DNA from: Trichoplax sp. H2
Lineage: Eukaryota
Assembly: GCA_003344405.1 (NCBI GenBank)
Contig: NOWV01000003.1
Coordinates: 992,001-1,056,000, forward strand
Reading direction: 5' to 3'
Length of the DNA: 64,000 nt
Shown: piece by piece, positions 46,987 through 58,711 of the stretch
How the letters are laid out: each line of letters starts with the position of its first letter
Position numbering within the stretch: the first letter of the stretch is position 1
Translations under genes and position numbers: made by a program
The notes under the pieces: generated by a model
What the model was told of the DNA's origin: nothing
What the model saw: only the letters and a program-made list of their open reading frames with translations
Databases searched by the model: none

Positions 46987-48794
46987 TCAGCATTTACGAT
47001 CGCTACTATCACTATAGTCGTCACTATCATCCGTAGTGTTACTATTGTCATCGCATTTAAATGCCATCCTTTGGCGATCGCTTTGCGAATCTGATTGATA
47101 ATGATATTCACTTTGTGGATCACCCGGATAACCTCGCTGCAAGACAGGATAATTTGGCTTCAGTAACGGATCATTAGGTCCATAATGATAAGGATGCCTA
47201 AGAGCACCACTATCACGCCTCATTGTTGCGTTTTCTGCTATATAGCGCATATGCGGTTGTAAATTACTACCTTGACTGCTCATATTATTACCAATAATGC
47301 CTGATGAATGAATATTTACTGGATTGGATGGGTTATTACCTCTATAAACGATACCTGGATTATGCGCTTTGATCAAAGTACCATTTGACACATTCCCAAG
47401 ATGTCGCATCTTAGCTGATGTTGTACTTCCACGAATATTGAAGCTCTCGTTGTTAATAGGCGATGTTTCAGTTTTAATTGTATGTGGAATTACATGTTGT
47501 ACTGCAGATGGATGGATTTGACGCTTAATCTGAGATGAATTACGGGATGGATCAAATTGTACAGACTGAGGCACTGCTAATTTGGCAGTTTTAGCAGATC
47601 TTTTCCTGGGCAGCCTTCCTATAGTTTGATCCATTATTCCATTGTTCTTTTTCAACCTCTGTAATAGTGATAAAAACAATTTCGATTTGAAATTTCTAAA
47701 TAATAAAAAAGTTTTTAATCCTTATACATTTCTTCCTTTAATAATAAATAGCATTCATGTAATTGCAAATATAACATGATGCAATATACTATACAGTCGA
47801 TAGTTTATGCTTCCCCCATCACAATAGTACAATTTGCTCAATTTCATCGACTTACGTAATCTGCAATAGCCATCCCAATATCTTTTTCATGGTATCCCTC
47901 AGGTCTCATTCGTTCAGGAGAAACAACGCCACAATTGGATATCATACATTGAAGAATCAAATTCCGTCCCTCCTCCATACGCAGCATGGATTGAAAGTTG
48001 CGGGTACTATAGGTATAAACATTGCTTGTGGTTGGGACTAATATCACAAGTGCTTGACAGTCCGTTAGCGTGCAAATTTCATCTACCTAAACATAAGCAA
48101 AAAATTTACAGCAAGTTGAGTAATTCATACAAAATCGTATACCAGCACACGCCTAAAAGGTAGTCCTATCTAATTAGTAAGGTTCCTAAAATTTCTGTAT
48201 GGGCATAATTACAAAATAATATAGGAAATTACTTCTTCATACCTTTTTCAAGAGCCCCTTCTTCCTTTTGCTAAATGTAGTATTTCTTTTATCTTTTCGC
48301 TCGATAAGACAGATAGGGATCTTTTGGCGACCTCGACTCCTTTTCTTAGACATATCATGTGCTGTTTCTCCTTTAATAGTTAAAGCATTAATATAATTGA
48401 AAATCTGATGTAATTTTGTCTATTATTGGCAGAGAAAAATAATATCGACTGTCCTTATTCCCTTACTGTTTTCTTGTGGCATTGAAGAAGGAGAAACTAA
48501 TGACGATTGTGGTAGTGACGCACTTGCTATAGCTGTATGATCACTTGGACATTGTGGGTTAGAACTGCTATTGCTACCATTGAGTCCACTATCGTTTGTT
48601 GAAGACGGAATGCCATTGCTTTCCTTATTCTCGCTTAGTGTATCTCTTGTCCTACGCTGATTCATCCTTATGCTACCAATATGAGATTGTTGGTTATGAG
48701 AAAAGATCGGAGGTAAAGAATTTGTATTTGAAATAGTTGACGTTCTTTGATCAATTTGGCTGTCGTTAGCGGAATTTGTCGGCGTCACATTCAT
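46987..48794 (-). CDS. Divergent SRF-like MADS-box transcription factor (second paralogue), about 452 aa
   Basis: Exons 48794-48467, 48370-48243, 48086-47856, 47658-46987 join in frame (1359 nt). KKRSRGRQKIPICLIERKDKRNTTFSKRKKGLLKK|VDEICTLTDCQALVILVPTTSNVYTYSTRNFQSMLRMEEGRNLILQCM. The MADS exon is absent from the ORF track. Confidence 0.92.
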
Positions 48795-49401
48795 AACGCT
48801 TCTATCTAGGACGATTTTTTGGAAGCTGACCCTTTAAAATCCTTGTATGTAATCGTTCAAGCTTTAAAACAAGAAATAGCAACAATATTTATTGGTCATG
48901 ACGACAAAAGTCAGTAGGGACAAGTTATATTTGTGACTTACCTCAATTAGATTGAATCCTTCTCCAAAAGACGAACTTTTTTGTGAAACTATTCAAACAA
49001 TTCACCCTCTACTAATAAACTACGTGAGCGCATTAGGTTTATATTGACTACGATAGCGGCCGTGACGTCCACCAGCAAAAACTCGTGATATCACTTCGAT
49101 CCATAAAAGTAAGCCTAATTACACAAAATAATCAAATAAGCAAAAACGAATTCTTATATATTATCATATATGGAACTTTAATAAGGAAATATTTTTCTTC
49201 AATTTATCCGTTGAAATCAACAATTAATGATGAGTGATGAAGAAAGCTATACTAGATAAGGAAGATGAGAATTAAACAATAAAATATAAATATGGAAAAG
49301 CAAAATAACCATTAATATAAAAATGGCCGTAATACTTGTGCTATAGTACTAACTTGGCAACGTGAGTATCAACTAACTTTTAAAAATGTCACAGAGAAAA
49401 T

Positions 49402-49418
49402 AGCCAATCCATATTTGG
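49402..49418. promoter_or_regulatory. Canonical CArG box CCATATTTGG (49409-49418) abutting a CCAAT box, upstream of the SRF-like gene
   Basis: Sequence agccaatccatatttgg matches CC(A/T)6GG; about 615 bp upstream of ATG 48794. Function untested. Confidence 0.4.
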
Positions 49419-52400
49419 TTATAGTTTGCTGTATTCAGGAGTTATCCGATCTCTTATTATTGCTACACATGATCAATTTGCTTTTCTAGCTTTACTTCAA
49501 ATCTCTGGTTTAAGGGTAATTTACACATTGTACTATACAGTAGAAATGATGTAGAAATGTGTTAGGTGATCGAATCTACATACTGCATGCAGGTAATTAT
49601 TACCATACAAGAAGTGCAATCAACTATGTTAAGGTACAGATGATCAACATAAGAAAGTTTAAATTTTACAAATGATATCAACGACTGTATACATTAACTA
49701 TCATTTCTTCGATCACAATACCTTACAGCAGAACATCACAAAGTTTACCTCAGAGGCGTAGAGACCGTCATTGGTAAATATCTTGAAAAATTCATCTTGA
49801 CAAAATTGATATTGATCTAAAAGTAAATACAGTAGGCCTAAAATAGGTTCATAATATTTACACTCTAGATTATTGTACATAGTAATCTACAATGTGTTTT
49901 CTTCGGGATCGCCTTAATTCCTAGTTTTGCGCCATAAGCATTTCATTGAAACAGCCAACGTAGAATCACTTACAATATTTCTTTGACTATCACTTGAGGC
50001 CACTAGCCAAATGCTTTACCTTGCGATAGTAATATCAATTTGATGCATATTGGCGTACGAGTGAAACTAATTTTTGTGCACATTCGTGTACGTGTAAAAG
50101 AAAATTTGTATAAATAATCCATCTCATGATTAAGATTTCCTACTAGTATCTTGAACGAAGTAACCTGAACGGAACAATTCGAAAATAACGCGCTGAAAGT
50201 ACAGAAGATACGCTCCTCCTCACCGCTTCCACAGCCGTCTATGCTAGTATAGAATCTCTAGGCCATTTCTAAAATTCCAAAAAGTTACAATAGTACTGTA
50301 ACTTATGTAATTTCACTATTATCCTCTCTTTCATTGTTCATTTATTCCATCACAGAATACGATTAGATGTTATGTTCATATTATCCGTAAATTCAACGAT
50401 TTTTATAATAAAGTATCAACTTATAACATTGATTCCTCTGCTTGCATTATCTTCTCTTCTAACCACCCATATACTCGATCATGCACTACCCGTGAATTTT
50501 TATACTCAAACTAAACGCAATTTTAACAATATCAACTTACCAAAATATCGACCATATAATATTTTTTGCAAAGATAGATTGTAATTGCACCTCCGTCTTC
50601 TCTTTTAATCAGTTATTTACTCAATCATGAATACGCTAAAATTTTATACTTGCATTGAATGCAAATTAACCTCCTTATAAAATGAAGCTTCAAGTCAGTA
50701 TGATGCAGCCTAAACGAGCAACATAGGTGATTTTTATTAAGACTTTGAAAAATAATTTTTTAAAATAGTTTAAGTTGCTGTTGCTCTTGCTATTTATTAA
50801 AATTCGTTTGCATCAATCTAATATTGCTATTATACTGTAAGTGTTAAAAAGAATTAAATCAATTTCTGAGCTAAATTCAAATGTTTCAACTGTCTGCGTG
50901 GCTGGTTTATTCTGTTGGACAATTTTCGGCATTGCATAGTGAGATTTCGTAAATGCTATATTATAATATTATAATTATCAGTTTATCTCCCATATCCCTG
51001 TGATTTTGTTCATAGCAACGATACCGCAATGCTAACTATGACATTTAAAGTTTTAATGAAGAATTTTCGATATGATATAATTCAATTAATTGCCCAAGTC
51101 TTCTTTATTGTGTGGTGTGCTAACTAATACATAAGCTGTACTTTATATTTGTTATCGTAAGTTTTTGCTTTGGATAGGTATGTGTCTCCAGAATTTAAAA
51201 ATGAGAAGATTATTTAACCTATGAAAAGATAATACGAATTACGCAATCATCAAATCAGAGATCATCATATTTTATAAACTACGCACAAGTAACAATGTTT
51301 GCACACTGATAATTAAGTAACAAAGAAATAAGAACGATTAAAATCATTATCTTGAGAATTTCATTGAATTAAATTTCTTAAACATTTTTAATATTTGGGG
51401 AACAAGAAGAAAAATCTTTTCACTTCCTAAAATCCCATGATTAAATGCTTGAAAGAATATCTCTTTAAATTGGGATTAATATGTGAGAAAAAGTTCACCC
51501 GTTCATCATAATGATTAGGAATAAATTGGTTTATCGGATTAATGTGATTTAATGAATCACGAAGATCGTTAAAAGCTAACCCTTTACTCCTGATGACAAA
51601 ATAATTGAAAATACCAAAGGATTCGAGAGATTGTTAAGCTTAGAGCTAAAAAATAATCAAGTATTCTGAATAATATAGATATAAACTTGGTCTGTTCTTT
51701 TAAGTAGTTCTTCTTTCTCTGTTTTGTAGCGGTGTCTTAATTTCTATTGTGTCTGCTCAAATTAATGAAATCATATATTTTTATAGTAACTAAGTACATT
51801 TCGTACGTTATCTGATCGTACTATCAAATATAATGCAGGATGTAATTAGTATATTTCCAAGGTTTAATAACGGTCTAGTCCTTATAGAATTCACCAGCAT
51901 AATTTAAAATGAGGTCAATAAATACATATTTTTTCCTCGATTTATTAATAAGACGGATTTAAGTTAGTCTCTTTCTTTGTCTTTATTGCGATTATAGACT
52001 ACTTTTACGCAGTTGTAACATGCGAGTAAACTATAATTTTTTATGAAGTACTTGAAAAAATAATTCGATGATATTCCTTGGGATGAAAGAAAGGGAAGAT
52101 TAAAAATGCTTTGTTCGGGTATGTTCGTGTATAACGTGAAGTCGATTTAATTTACGAGAATACTTCAGTTTATGTAAAACAGCGAAGAAATCTTCCATGA
52201 ATTCGAACCATGAGAAATTACCGTTTAAAGATATTCTTGGTTAAATTATAATCAGCGCAGGAAAATTTTTATATTTCAGTATAAACGATAGTTTTATTTA
52301 TCAATTATTGACAATACCCATTTATGCATCTCAAATTGTTCGCATCAAATATGTAAAAATTCTTATATATGGGTGAGTACAACGAATATTCCCAAATTTC

Positions 52401-52889
52401 GTAATAATTGACAAATTGAATCAATTTTCATTTTACGAATGTAAAAGAGCTATTTGAAACATATATAAGAAAGCATTATCGGACAATAACAGATTAAGTT
52501 CAGTATTACAATTTATCTCATCCTATTAAGAACATTAATGACGTAATCTAAATTAAATATGCTTGAATAAGGTGTAAAATCTTTTTATTATTGAATCACT
52601 ATTATACAAAGATATAGAATTAGTCCTGACGTGATAAGAAAATGCTGTCCGATTTGTATAATCACAGCGTCATCAATGAAATACCAGAATAACAATTGTG
52701 AATTCTTCGAAAGATTCTTAATACATATAAGATTTATGAATAGTGATGTCAACTGATAAACTAATTAATCCTGAGATAACGTATAAAAAATTTACGCTCC
52801 CCACGACAAGCAACCGAATCTTTGTCTTTGCATTAAATATATACGTTATATACATATACATGAATATATATTATCAGCATATATTATCA

Positions 52890-55800
52890 CTAGTTCTGGC
52901 TATTGCTGTTATTAAACCTTTCAAGCCTTCTTCGTCGACACATGGTAGCTTCGTCATCAAGATCAGCTGTCTCCTTATTCAAAGGCTTACTTGGGTTACC
53001 ATCGTTATTATTATCTGCACCTTGGACAGAAGTATCCTCACTTGCCTCATTACCAGTAGCTGATGAGTTTCTATGTAATGAGAAATACAGTAGCATGGGG
53101 TTAAAAACCATCGTCACTTGTCAAATATTTGTATAAACAGTATATAAACGCTTACTTCGATATGTAGTTGTCAATACGCTCACTGACAGATTCTAGCATG
53201 CCTCTGATGAAATTTAAATCTTGACGAATATCTTTTAAAGTCACCGGATCGTTATTATTGTTACCTACAAGGAAAATTTTTTACTTTGATTACTAATCAT
53301 TCATGAAATAAGTCGAGCTAAACAAATATCATTCTAGGCCAAGATCTGTACCAAGGAAATAGGAGGGCAAAGGTGGAGGGGGAGGAATCGGAAAAGGAAT
53401 ATTTCCTTGGGTCCCGGAAAAGAAAAATGGTGGCACCTGTTAAATGTATATAAATTTAAGAGTTTAAAAGGATGTAGCGAAAATTGTCGATTGTACGTGT
53501 GTATCAGTAATATGGACCATATCGTATTTTGATTGGTTCTACCCGTATACATGCTAATGTTCATAATATAATAAGAAAATCATTTACATTTGCAGCGTTA
53601 TTCCTATTATTAGCTGTATCAGCAGCCGCAGAGCCATCGACATTGTCAGTCCGTCCTTCTGATGGAGCTTGAGGAGCATTTGGACCCTGTCCCATGAAAG
53701 GTGGTAAAAAATTTGGCCACCGCGGTTGTTGATTGTTTCCATTTTGAGGATCTTGTTGATTTTGGTTAGCTAGAAACATACAAGAGCAAACACAATAAGG
53801 GATATATTCCAGATAATTTAATGTTAATAATGAACAAAACTGGGAGATTTAAGATTAGATAAAGTAACCCAACGTTAAATACTTGTACTAGAAAAGATAC
53901 ATTACCGTCGAAAAGAGCACCCCAAAATTGCGGAGGTGGCACATTAGGCGGAGCTGTTTGGACAATACAAGACCACGTCACAATTTGATATGTTTATACT
54001 CTTATTCAGGAAGTTATTCTAACTCAAATGATCCCTAAAACGCTAACCTTGTTGATCTTGCTGATTTTGTTGCTGATTTTGTTGCTGATTTTGTTGAACA
54101 TTTTCTTCTGCCTGAGGCTGCTGTACCTCCGGCTGTTGCATAGTTGCCCGTAAAATATTCATACGACATGTTGGGCAAGTCTGCTGGCGCTGAAACCAGG
54201 ATCTTAGACAACTTATGTGGAAAACATGGTTACATGGTAATCTTTTACAGTCTGTCGTCATTTCTTCTCTACAGATTATACAAACATTATCCATATTTGC
54301 CAACTCCTCCGGAGTAACATCAGGACATCTAGATTGCGGCAAATTATACCATATAAATTAATGTTATGATCTACAATTAGCTATAAATTTTGTATAAATC
54401 AGAAAAATGAATATGACAAATAACGAAGACAAGTTTACGCCTACCGAGTCATAACGCTTGTAATAGCTCGTCGAGAAGAAATAATATCATGTAATGATTT
54501 CTTAAATGACCTGTCCATGATATAAATTCGAACTCTCAGTAACCGCATATTCAATCGCTAATGCGTAGACGAATGCTTGATGATAAAAAATTTAAGACTA
54601 ACCTTAAGGCCAAGTACAAAGGCCTAATAGCAAAGAGTGGAAAAGCATGAATTTTTACCATAACAATAAAGAATAAAGAGTACAGTGCTGCGCGAATAAA
54701 ATCTGGTAATGATAAAAAAATAAAAAATGTATTAATGTAACAATCTATCAGCATTAGCGCCTCAGACTCTTCAGGCAATAACAAAAATTCTTGATTTCAG
54801 AAAATTGATCCCTATCTTACTTGTAACGAGTTCGGTGTATAAAATATATATTGCTTTATTTTCCCATGGACTTTCGTGTTGTAAATCAATAACATGTAAC
54901 AAGTACTTCATAGCAATTGTGATAACCAAAGCTAGCAAAATGGCATACTGATAAAACCAGAGTAAAAATCAATCGCTGATTATATCTGTTCATTAATGTG
55001 TAAACCATTTAATATTATATGAAATTCCAACCTCAAATCCAAATACAATTTGAACCGATGCACCATTTTGTACTGTGGCATGATAAGCATTACGTATAAA
55101 ATAAATATCTGTAGCTCCAAGACAAATCACGAGAGCTAAGAAAAGAGTTGCATCTTTAGTATAAAATTTAACATTGCATATTCTAAGTATGCTTCTTCTG
55201 CGAACGTATTATCGATATGAAAATGTACTGTACACTTCGTCCGTACAGAATAAATATTGCAAAAATAGTATGGAAGTTGAATATGATTTCCATAGATTAG
55301 CACTTACAAATCATTCTTAGGTGAAAAAGGGCAGAAATTGCAGGACTACGCTCCATCTGCAGAAGATAAAGAATGATTATACTTTACCCCAATAATGACA
55401 ACATATAGTATTAGATTAGAATAATTCACTTTAAATAAAAGTACAGTAAAATTTAATTTGTACCGTCATAACATAGCAGCACGAAGCAACTTACGTAATC
55501 AACGCGATCTTCACCCAACCAATGGAAAGTCTTAACAAACAGTAGTAAGGTAAAGTTGGCTACAAAAAGTGGATTAAAGTCTTCTCGAAATACAGTGAAT
55601 GCTAAACATGTTTCAGTAATGGCAAACCATGACCTTTCGTATAAATGCTAGAAAATGAAGTGTATCGAACATTAAGATAAAGTAAGGTTAGCAACTGACC
55701 TAGTACCATGAAGTGGAAGGACAGTATTATAATTAATCATTATAACCCTAACTAGAAAATAAGACTGCATTAAAACAGTATAATACGTTTACCGTAGATA

Positions 55801-56558
55801 AAGTATAAGATATACTGTATTTTGAAGTATTATACGCATATCCATCAAGATCATAAATCAATAACATTAAATTGATAACGCAATTTCATTAAGGTGCACA
55901 ATTCAGTTGTTAAGCATTAAAAAGTCATTTACTTAGTTGCATAAATACATATCGCAGTATTTTATCAGTATAGTATATATCGTTATAACTCAACTATTTT
56001 TTCGCAATGATGAATACAAGACATGTAAAAGTCATTAAATATACGTACCTCGATTTCGGAGGCTCTTAATGTTGAAAAGAATATTAATCTTGCAATTTTA
56101 GCCAATAAGATAGCAATAACGAACGCCTGAGCGTACAAGACCTAAAGTTTCCAAAAATTAAAACTGACTTTAGTCTTAATCAAAACAAGTTGATTAAATT
56201 ATGAAAGAGTTCGATATCTACCAAAGTTTAAAGCAGTAATACGACATTTTATTATTATTAGAATATCCACAATAACTCATGAGTTAACGTTTACGAGGTG
56301 ATGATATGGAAACAAGTATAAAATTTTGCAATTCATATTGGAATATTACAACTAGCAAGGCTTCAAGGTTACATCCATTCAATGTATTAAAGTATTACTG
56401 AAAATAGATAATTAATACAATATACATACAGCCATGCAGACATTGGATTTGGTAACATAGACAACAGTTGGATAGAATTGTTGCTTAAGGTAATAAGCGT
56501 GTCCTATCGTAGCACACGTTGCAGCCAATGTAGACGTTGCCAGTAATGTTGTTCTCAT
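52890..56558 (-). CDS. SYVN1: ERAD E3 ubiquitin ligase synoviolin/HRD1
   Basis: MRTTLL..HAYYLKQQFYPTVVYVTKS, WFAITETCLAFTVFREDF, KTFHWLGEDRVD, ASVQIVFGFE|YAIL, PWENKAIY, FPLFAIRPLYL, RING-H2 CIICREEM..CKRLPCNHVFHISCLRSWFQRQQTCPTCR, Pro/Gln-rich tail, terminal RRRRLERF (VBM-like). Confidence 0.97.
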
Positions 56559-57697
56559 CTTTCAAATTTAGTTGTTGTAGTTGATAAGATGTAAAATTGG
56601 TTTGAATTAAGACTACAAATGTAACATAATAAAAGCAAGGACTCAGTTAGCTGAAAGTTTAACTTTTCTGTTCCTTTACGATGTTTTTATATACCCAAAA
56701 GTTCTATACAATGAAATCTGGATGTACCATCCATTAATTATTATTAAAGGCTCTTTAATCTGAACGTGTTGTAATATTTTGTGTGTCTTATTAAATCCTA
56801 TACATTACTGATTAAATAACGTGAACTACGTAGAGGATATGGCGTAGACAGTACTTATTGACGCTGCATCACTCAACTATACTGTATATTAAAATGAATC
56901 CATATAAAATCAATAAATGAAGATAATTGAAAACTACGACTGCTTTATATGCGAAGTACAGGACATCACGTACTCGAATAGTTTAATTCAGATTAAGAAG
57001 AGTTTTCCTACTGTAAATAAAGCCTAAAACTGTTCTCAGGTATTATAGAGAGAATTCCACACATAATGCTGAGAGATGAACTACTAAACCGTTCATTCTA
57101 AATGTACTCGTATGTTTTATGTTATATATATAATAATATGAACGATGTATCATCATCCGGTGTTATACGATCAATGGGTTAGCATCAGACGTACAGTACT
57201 GTACTGTATATATACGCGTCTATAATATTTACAGTCAAGACTTCATGTTAGTTCTTGATGATACAATACTGTTCAAAACAGTAGATCGTCTACAGTATGG
57301 TAGAGGAGTGGAGGATCATCTCTACGTGCAATCTATACTACCGATAGCGATAAAACATGATTCCATTGCAATACGACATAAAATGAGATTTTGGGCAGAA
57401 TTTGTCATTCTCCAATAACCTGTACAAATTGGCAGCCCAATTTTAATTTACAATATTCGCATCAAGTCTATTTCGCTATTCGATATAACCTATTTACCAG
57501 TTATAAGTGCTTTGAACTTTACTGGTATCTTTAGGTATTCCGATAAGACGAGTCAATTAATAAACGAATTGGATTGAAAATGATCAGCACATTTCCTGGA
57601 TATGTTCCAAATTATAATGAAAGGAAACCATTCTTGTCTTCATGGTTCTCCTGACTTGCCAACCTCAACACTAAACAGTGTTGACGGATAATACGAA

Positions 57698-58050
57698 ATA
57701 CTGTACAGTAGTTCTTGAATTCTTTTAGTGAATGTACTCCTACTGTACACTGTACACTGTACAGTAGCTATCTTTTAGCCTATCCATAGTCATACAGTAG
57801 TACAGTACGCTACTGTTTGTTTTAGTAATCCATGGCTATACTGTACCGTACAGTACAGTACATACAGTACTGTAGTCACTGGTAATACAGTACAGTACTT
57901 TGTTTAAATGACACACTGTACTGTAGTGAAGCCGTGAAGGTAACTTGTACTGTACAGTGTACAGTACGTGTACAGTATAGTGTACTGTACTGTACAGTGT
58001 AGTACTGTACTGTACAGTATACTGTACTGTAACACTGTACGGTACAGTCA
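57698..58050. repeat. TACTG/TACAG arrays in the SYVN1/TMEM120 divergent promoter
   Basis: Dense arrays, especially 57836-58048. Confidence 0.9.
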
Positions 58051-58106
58051 ATCCGGCTTGAGCAAACACTGCCAAACAGGCGCAATCACAATCTGACCCG
58101 TGATTA

Positions 58107-58125
58107 CGTGGCACCTCCTGATTGT
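58107..58125 (-). promoter_or_regulatory. ERSE-like element ACAAT-N9-CCACG upstream of SYVN1
   Basis: Plus strand CGTGG cacctcctg ATTGT; one mismatch to CCAAT-N9-CCACG with exact 9-nt spacing. Confidence 0.5.
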
Positions 58126-58711
58126 CCACTCGACGTATGGTCCGCTCAGTCATGACCTGCTCAATCATACCGTTACCCCATTGAGCAGTCACGGTTCAGT
58201 GCTTATTGACTAACTACACCATGGATAGACCACTAGAAAAAAGACACCAATGCTCGACGATGACTTTACCAGGACAGTTGTACGCCAAGACGCTTGGCTG
58301 AGAGTCACCTTTCAAGTGCACACGTGCACACTGCAATACTGTAGTACACAGTCTCTCAGTGCAACAGAAGTTAGGATAGTAAATAAATAATAAGTCAACT
58401 TCGTGCACACACCGTAGCCACCCAAAGTAGCACAACACGACACGGTAGGCCTGCGGTACGGTTCGGTACGTTTCGGTACGGTATGGGTAGCTGTTTACTG
58501 TTGACTGTGACGCCGATGGAGCACTGTCAACAGTTTGAGTTGCAAGTCAAATAGCCTAGCGGTCAATAGCTTAGCCATGGTATTTATACGGCATTAAACA
58601 GCAGTGTTATAGTACATACAGCAGTTTCCGTTACGGTTGAAGCAGAAAATCGCGCAGAAGATCGCCCTATTTCCATCTAGTACAAGAGTAGATACTAGGG
58701 CAAGCAATAAC

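Noticed and set aside
46886..46989. SECIS or selenocysteine readthrough for the SRF paralogue (TGA stop plus nearby hairpin)
   Set aside because: The stem is fully Watson-Crick, lacks the GA quartet and apical AA geometry, and readthrough would add only a few residues.
48000..48370. MEF2 identity for the second MADS gene (GLLKK, TDCQ)
   Set aside because: The MADS box is internal rather than at the N-terminus, has the SRF-type Lys and a SAM-like helix, and shares two introns with the adjacent SRF.
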